Of a stretch of 32,000 bases of DNA, positions 29,396-32,000 are shown in pieces. Numbering within the stretch: the first letter of the stretch is position 1; each line of letters begins with the position of its first letter. The stretch comes from Methanothermobacter thermautotrophicus str. Delta H (GTDB lineage Archaea; Methanobacteriota; Methanobacteria; Methanobacteriales; Methanothermobacteraceae). The notes under the pieces are model-generated. The model had not been told where the DNA came from. It worked only from the letters and a program-made list of their open reading frames with translations, and did no database searches. Both the position numbers and the translations under genes were made by a program. The DNA lies in NCBI RefSeq assembly GCF_000008645.1, contig NC_000916.1, forward strand, positions 1,230,001 through 1,262,000, in the 5' to 3' direction.

Positions 29396-31090
29396 TCAGA
29401 GCCATACATTCAGGAACCTGCCCTCAGAGGATTTAGCAAAGCGCATATCATCCATGGCCCCGCTCCGGACCTCAATTTTTATTACATGAGCTCCCCAGTA
29501 AATCCTGTGATCGGTGTCCTTGCCCCTGAATATTATCCTGCCCGCGGCAACACCATCCACGTAAACTGTGTAGGTCCCATTCTCCATTGCCCCTGTGGTG
29601 CGGGCAACCATCCTGTCATCCAGATAGACCCGGACCTCTGCCCCCGGTGAATCATCATCCTGGATTATGATGCCATTGTAGACCGTCAGATTTGAGTCTG
29701 AGATGTTTCTCAGTGCATAGACATTGCTGAACACCTTGCGGAGGTTCCCGTCCTGGATAACATCACCCACATTGAGCCCCAGGGCGTTCCTTGCCCCGGA
29801 TGGTACCCTCATTATGTTGGTTTCGCCTTCCCGTGTCCTGTTAAGTGTATAGGCCTCTCCGGCCAGGAATATGCGGTCGCCGTAATTGAGGTCAAGGGTG
29901 TTTATGGCCTCCTCAGGAATTCTTATTGAATTATTTTCATTTTCAAGGGCACTGTCAACTCTGTAGGGTCCCCTGACATCGAATGTCCTGTTTTCATTGC
30001 TCTTCTTCCATATTATAAGGTTTCCAGATGTTGGCTCAATGGATATTTTCCCGTCGTCCACCTCCACGGCTCCAAGGAGGGTTGATATCATTGCAATGAG
30101 TATGAGGGCAGATATGAGTATGGGGAAGTGCATGTAGATGAAGGACCTCACTGTCTGAAGCTTACCTGCTGAACGCCTGAAAACATAGATGGATCTCCTG
30201 ATGAGCCTTAAAAAATAGTAGACCGCCATTATAAATCCTGTGAGGGATATTATGACACCCAGGACTGCTGGTATGGCCCTTATGAAAAATATGCTGAAGA
30301 CCCCAAGGGTTGTGAGTGATAGACCAAGGATGCACATCCTTATTGATTTCCCCATGGAATCCATCATGGTTATTCTGCCGTACTCCAGGGCCCTGTCAAC
30401 TATTGTCCTAACAACCTCGTTGGCGACGACATTGAGATCCTTCAGGCTCGCCATGTCATGGTGTATGTTCCCGATATCCACCTCCCTCACGGTGAGGCCC
30501 AGGACATCGGCGTCCAGTACTATGCCAACATCAACCCCGTAGTCCTCCTCAAATTTCATCTTCTCAAGGGCCGATCTTTTAGCTGCGAACTGTCCGCTCA
30601 GGGGCTGTTCAAATTTTATCTCAGGGAAGAAGAACTTAAGAAGGGGTTTGGCTGTTAACTCAGTAACCCTCCCGGCCTTTCTTCTGAATCTGGTCTTTGT
30701 GAGGTCGGCCCTCCCCGTTATTATGGGTTTTATCATCCTTTCAATCTTCTCTGTTGTCATGTTCTCAAGGTCAGCGTCGACAAAGACCACTATGTCGCCC
30801 CGGGAATGCTTGAAACCTGTTTTTAGGGCTGCCCCCTTTCCGCGGTTGCTTGTATGCCTTATAACAGTGGCGCCTGCATCCTCTGCAGCACCAGCAGTAT
30901 TATCTGTGGATCCATCATCCACAACGATAACCTCGTCCACCATATCTGATTTTCTGGCTGCTTCAATTACACTTCCAACTGTTTTTTCCTCGTTTAATGC
31001 AGGTATAACCACCGATACAGTGTGGCTTTTATCCTTCACTGCTCTGAAAGCGCATAGAAAGAACACAACCATGAGAATGAGCCATGACAT
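29396..31090 (-). CDS. Glycosyltransferase family 2 fused to transmembrane segments and a C-terminal domain with two AbrB-like motifs
   Basis: SVVIPALNEEKTVGSVIEAARK, VIVVDDGSTDNTAGAAEDAGA, NRGKGAALKTGF, VFVDADLENM; then several hydrophobic helices and a polar C-terminal region. aaggtg before ATG 31090. Confidence 0.86.
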   Translation of the reverse strand: MSWLILMVVFFLCAFRAVKDKSHTVSVVIPALNEEKTVGSVIEAARKSDMVDEVIVVDDGSTDNTAGAAEDAGATVIRHTSNRGKGAALKTGFKHSRGDIVVFVDADLENMTTEKIERMIKPIITGRADLTKTRFRRKAGRVTELTAKPLLKFFFPEIKFEQPLSGQFAAKRSALEKMKFEEDYGVDVGIVLDADVLGLTVREVDIGNIHHDMASLKDLNVVANEVVRTIVDRALEYGRITMMDSMGKSIRMCILGLSLTTLGVFSIFFIRAIPAVLGVIISLTGFIMAVYYFLRLIRRSIYVFRRSAGKLQTVRSFIYMHFPILISALILIAMISTLLGAVEVDDGKISIEPTSGNLIIWKKSNENRTFDVRGPYRVDSALENENNSIRIPEEAINTLDLNYGDRIFLAGEAYTLNRTREGETNIMRVPSGARNALGLNVGDVIQDGNLRKVFSNVYALRNISDSNLTVYNGIIIQDDDSPGAEVRVYLDDRMVARTTGAMENGTYTVYVDGVAAGRIIFRGKDTDHRIYWGAHVIKIEVRSGAMDDMRFAKSSEGRFLNVWL

Positions 31091-31214
31091 CAGTACACCT
31101 TCTGATACTCTGTAACTCTCTATTGGTAGAATCCCCTTATATACTGTTATGAAGACCTGTAAATGGTCCCTGCGGGAGGTGCCATCTATTAAATATGACC
31201 TCCGATAGATTCTC

Positions 31215-31224
31215 TATATATAAA
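31215..31224 (+). promoter_or_regulatory. Candidate TATA box for purE (tatatataaa)
   Basis: ctatatataaag located 20-29 nt upstream of ATG 31244. Confidence 0.4.
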
Positions 31225-31243
31225 GTTAAAGGTGAATCTCCAG

Positions 31244-32000
31244 ATGAAGCCCAGAGTGATGATACTCCTTGGAAGTGCATCTGATTTCAGGATAGCCGAA
31301 AAGGCAATGGAAATCTTTGAGGAACTCAGGATACCCTATGACCTGAGGGTTGCCTCAGCCCACAGGACACATGAAAAGGTAAAGGCAATAGTCTCAGAGG
31401 CCGTGAAGGCGGGTGTTGAGGTATTCATAGGAATAGCAGGACTATCAGCCCATCTTCCAGGCATGATATCTGCAAACACCCACAGACCCGTCATAGGGGT
31501 CCCTGTTGACGTTAAACTTGGAGGGCTCGACGCCCTCTTTGCATGTTCACAGATGCCCTTCCCTGCCCCCGTCGCCACTGTGGGGGTAGACAGGGGAGAA
31601 AACGCCGCAATACTCGCTGCCCAGATAATAGGGATAGGAGATCCCGGGGTAAGGGAAAGGGTTGCAGATCTAAGGAGAGGTTTCTATGAACGCGTGCGGA
31701 GAGATGAATGTCAGGTGCTCAACAGCATAGAGGGGTCCTACTATGCACCCCTGGAGGTTGAAATGCCTCCCATTGGTGATAAGGTCCCGTCAGATTCCCA
31801 GGATGACCCCATGGTATCTGTGATACCTGGCAGCTACTCTGACATGAAGATAGCCAAGAAGACCACCATGTTCCTCGAAAGGATGGGTATAAGCTATGAT
31901 CTGAACGTCATATCACCCATAAGGTACCCTGAAAGATTTGAGAGGTACCTTGAGAAGATGGAGAACGTGAAGCTCTTCATAGCCATAAGCGGCCTCTCTG
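31244..32000 (+). CDS. purE: N5-carboxyaminoimidazole ribonucleotide mutase / AIR carboxylase PurE, tandem-domain form (truncated by window end)
   Basis: Open frame from ATG 31244 to the window edge; GSASDFRIAEKAMEIFEELRIPYDLRVASAHRTHEKV, SAHLPGMISANTHRPVIGVPV. A second PurE-like start follows: SVIPGSYSDMKIAKKTTMFLERMGISYDLNVISPIRYPERF. Preceded by aaaggtg. Not in the ORF track because it has no stop. Confidence 0.92.
   Translation, partial: MKPRVMILLGSASDFRIAEKAMEIFEELRIPYDLRVASAHRTHEKVKAIVSEAVKAGVEVFIGIAGLSAHLPGMISANTHRPVIGVPVDVKLGGLDALFACSQMPFPAPVATVGVDRGENAAILAAQIIGIGDPGVRERVADLRRGFYERVRRDECQVLNSIEGSYYAPLEVEMPPIGDKVPSDSQDDPMVSVIPGSYSDMKIAKKTTMFLERMGISYDLNVISPIRYPERFERYLEKMENVKLFIAISGLS

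Noticed and set aside
1-32000. Search for CRISPR arrays, tRNA/rRNA genes, transposases, integrases and defence-system domains.
   Set aside because: No regularly spaced repeats, tRNA-like arms or mobile/defence domains were recognised by eye; short or diverged ncRNAs cannot be excluded without tRNAscan/Infernal.

Overview
This 32 kb window is gene-dense methanogen chromosome. Protein signatures, gene content (hdrA, H4MPT-type enzymes, methanogenesis marker 11) and TATA/Shine-Dalgarno style point to Methanobacteriales, most likely Methanothermobacter; that assignment is inference, since no search was run. I found no tRNA, rRNA, CRISPR array, transposase, integrase or defence cassette. Most genes are housekeeping: ferredoxin, S2P-family M50 protease, moeA, an ABC-2 transporter operon, polyprenol kinase-like gene, purL, ileS, archaeal metK, DUF192, HEAT-repeat protein, flavoprotein-ferredoxin fusion, glyA, hdrA, AEC transporter, radA, RPA, leuC/leuD/leuB, cysteine desulfurase, ribH, methanogenesis marker 11, a GT2 fusion, and tandem-domain purE (truncated by the window end). 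I do not see strong evidence for a new multi-gene system. The observations most worth checking are: (a) apparent single-base frameshifts in the first ABC-2 permease and in RPA, and possibly in an Hsp20-like gene; (b) a sharply bounded A/C-rich tract inside leuB suggesting a conversion tract; (c) an unlisted 26-aa membrane peptide between the desulfurase and ribH; (d) a GT2 protein whose C-terminal region carries two AbrB-like motifs; (e) a tandem PurE with a diverged second domain; (f) a methanogenesis-marker protein with a TiaS-like DDTD motif; (g) a flavoprotein-ferredoxin fusion abutting glyA; (h) a possible leader ORF upstream of leuC.
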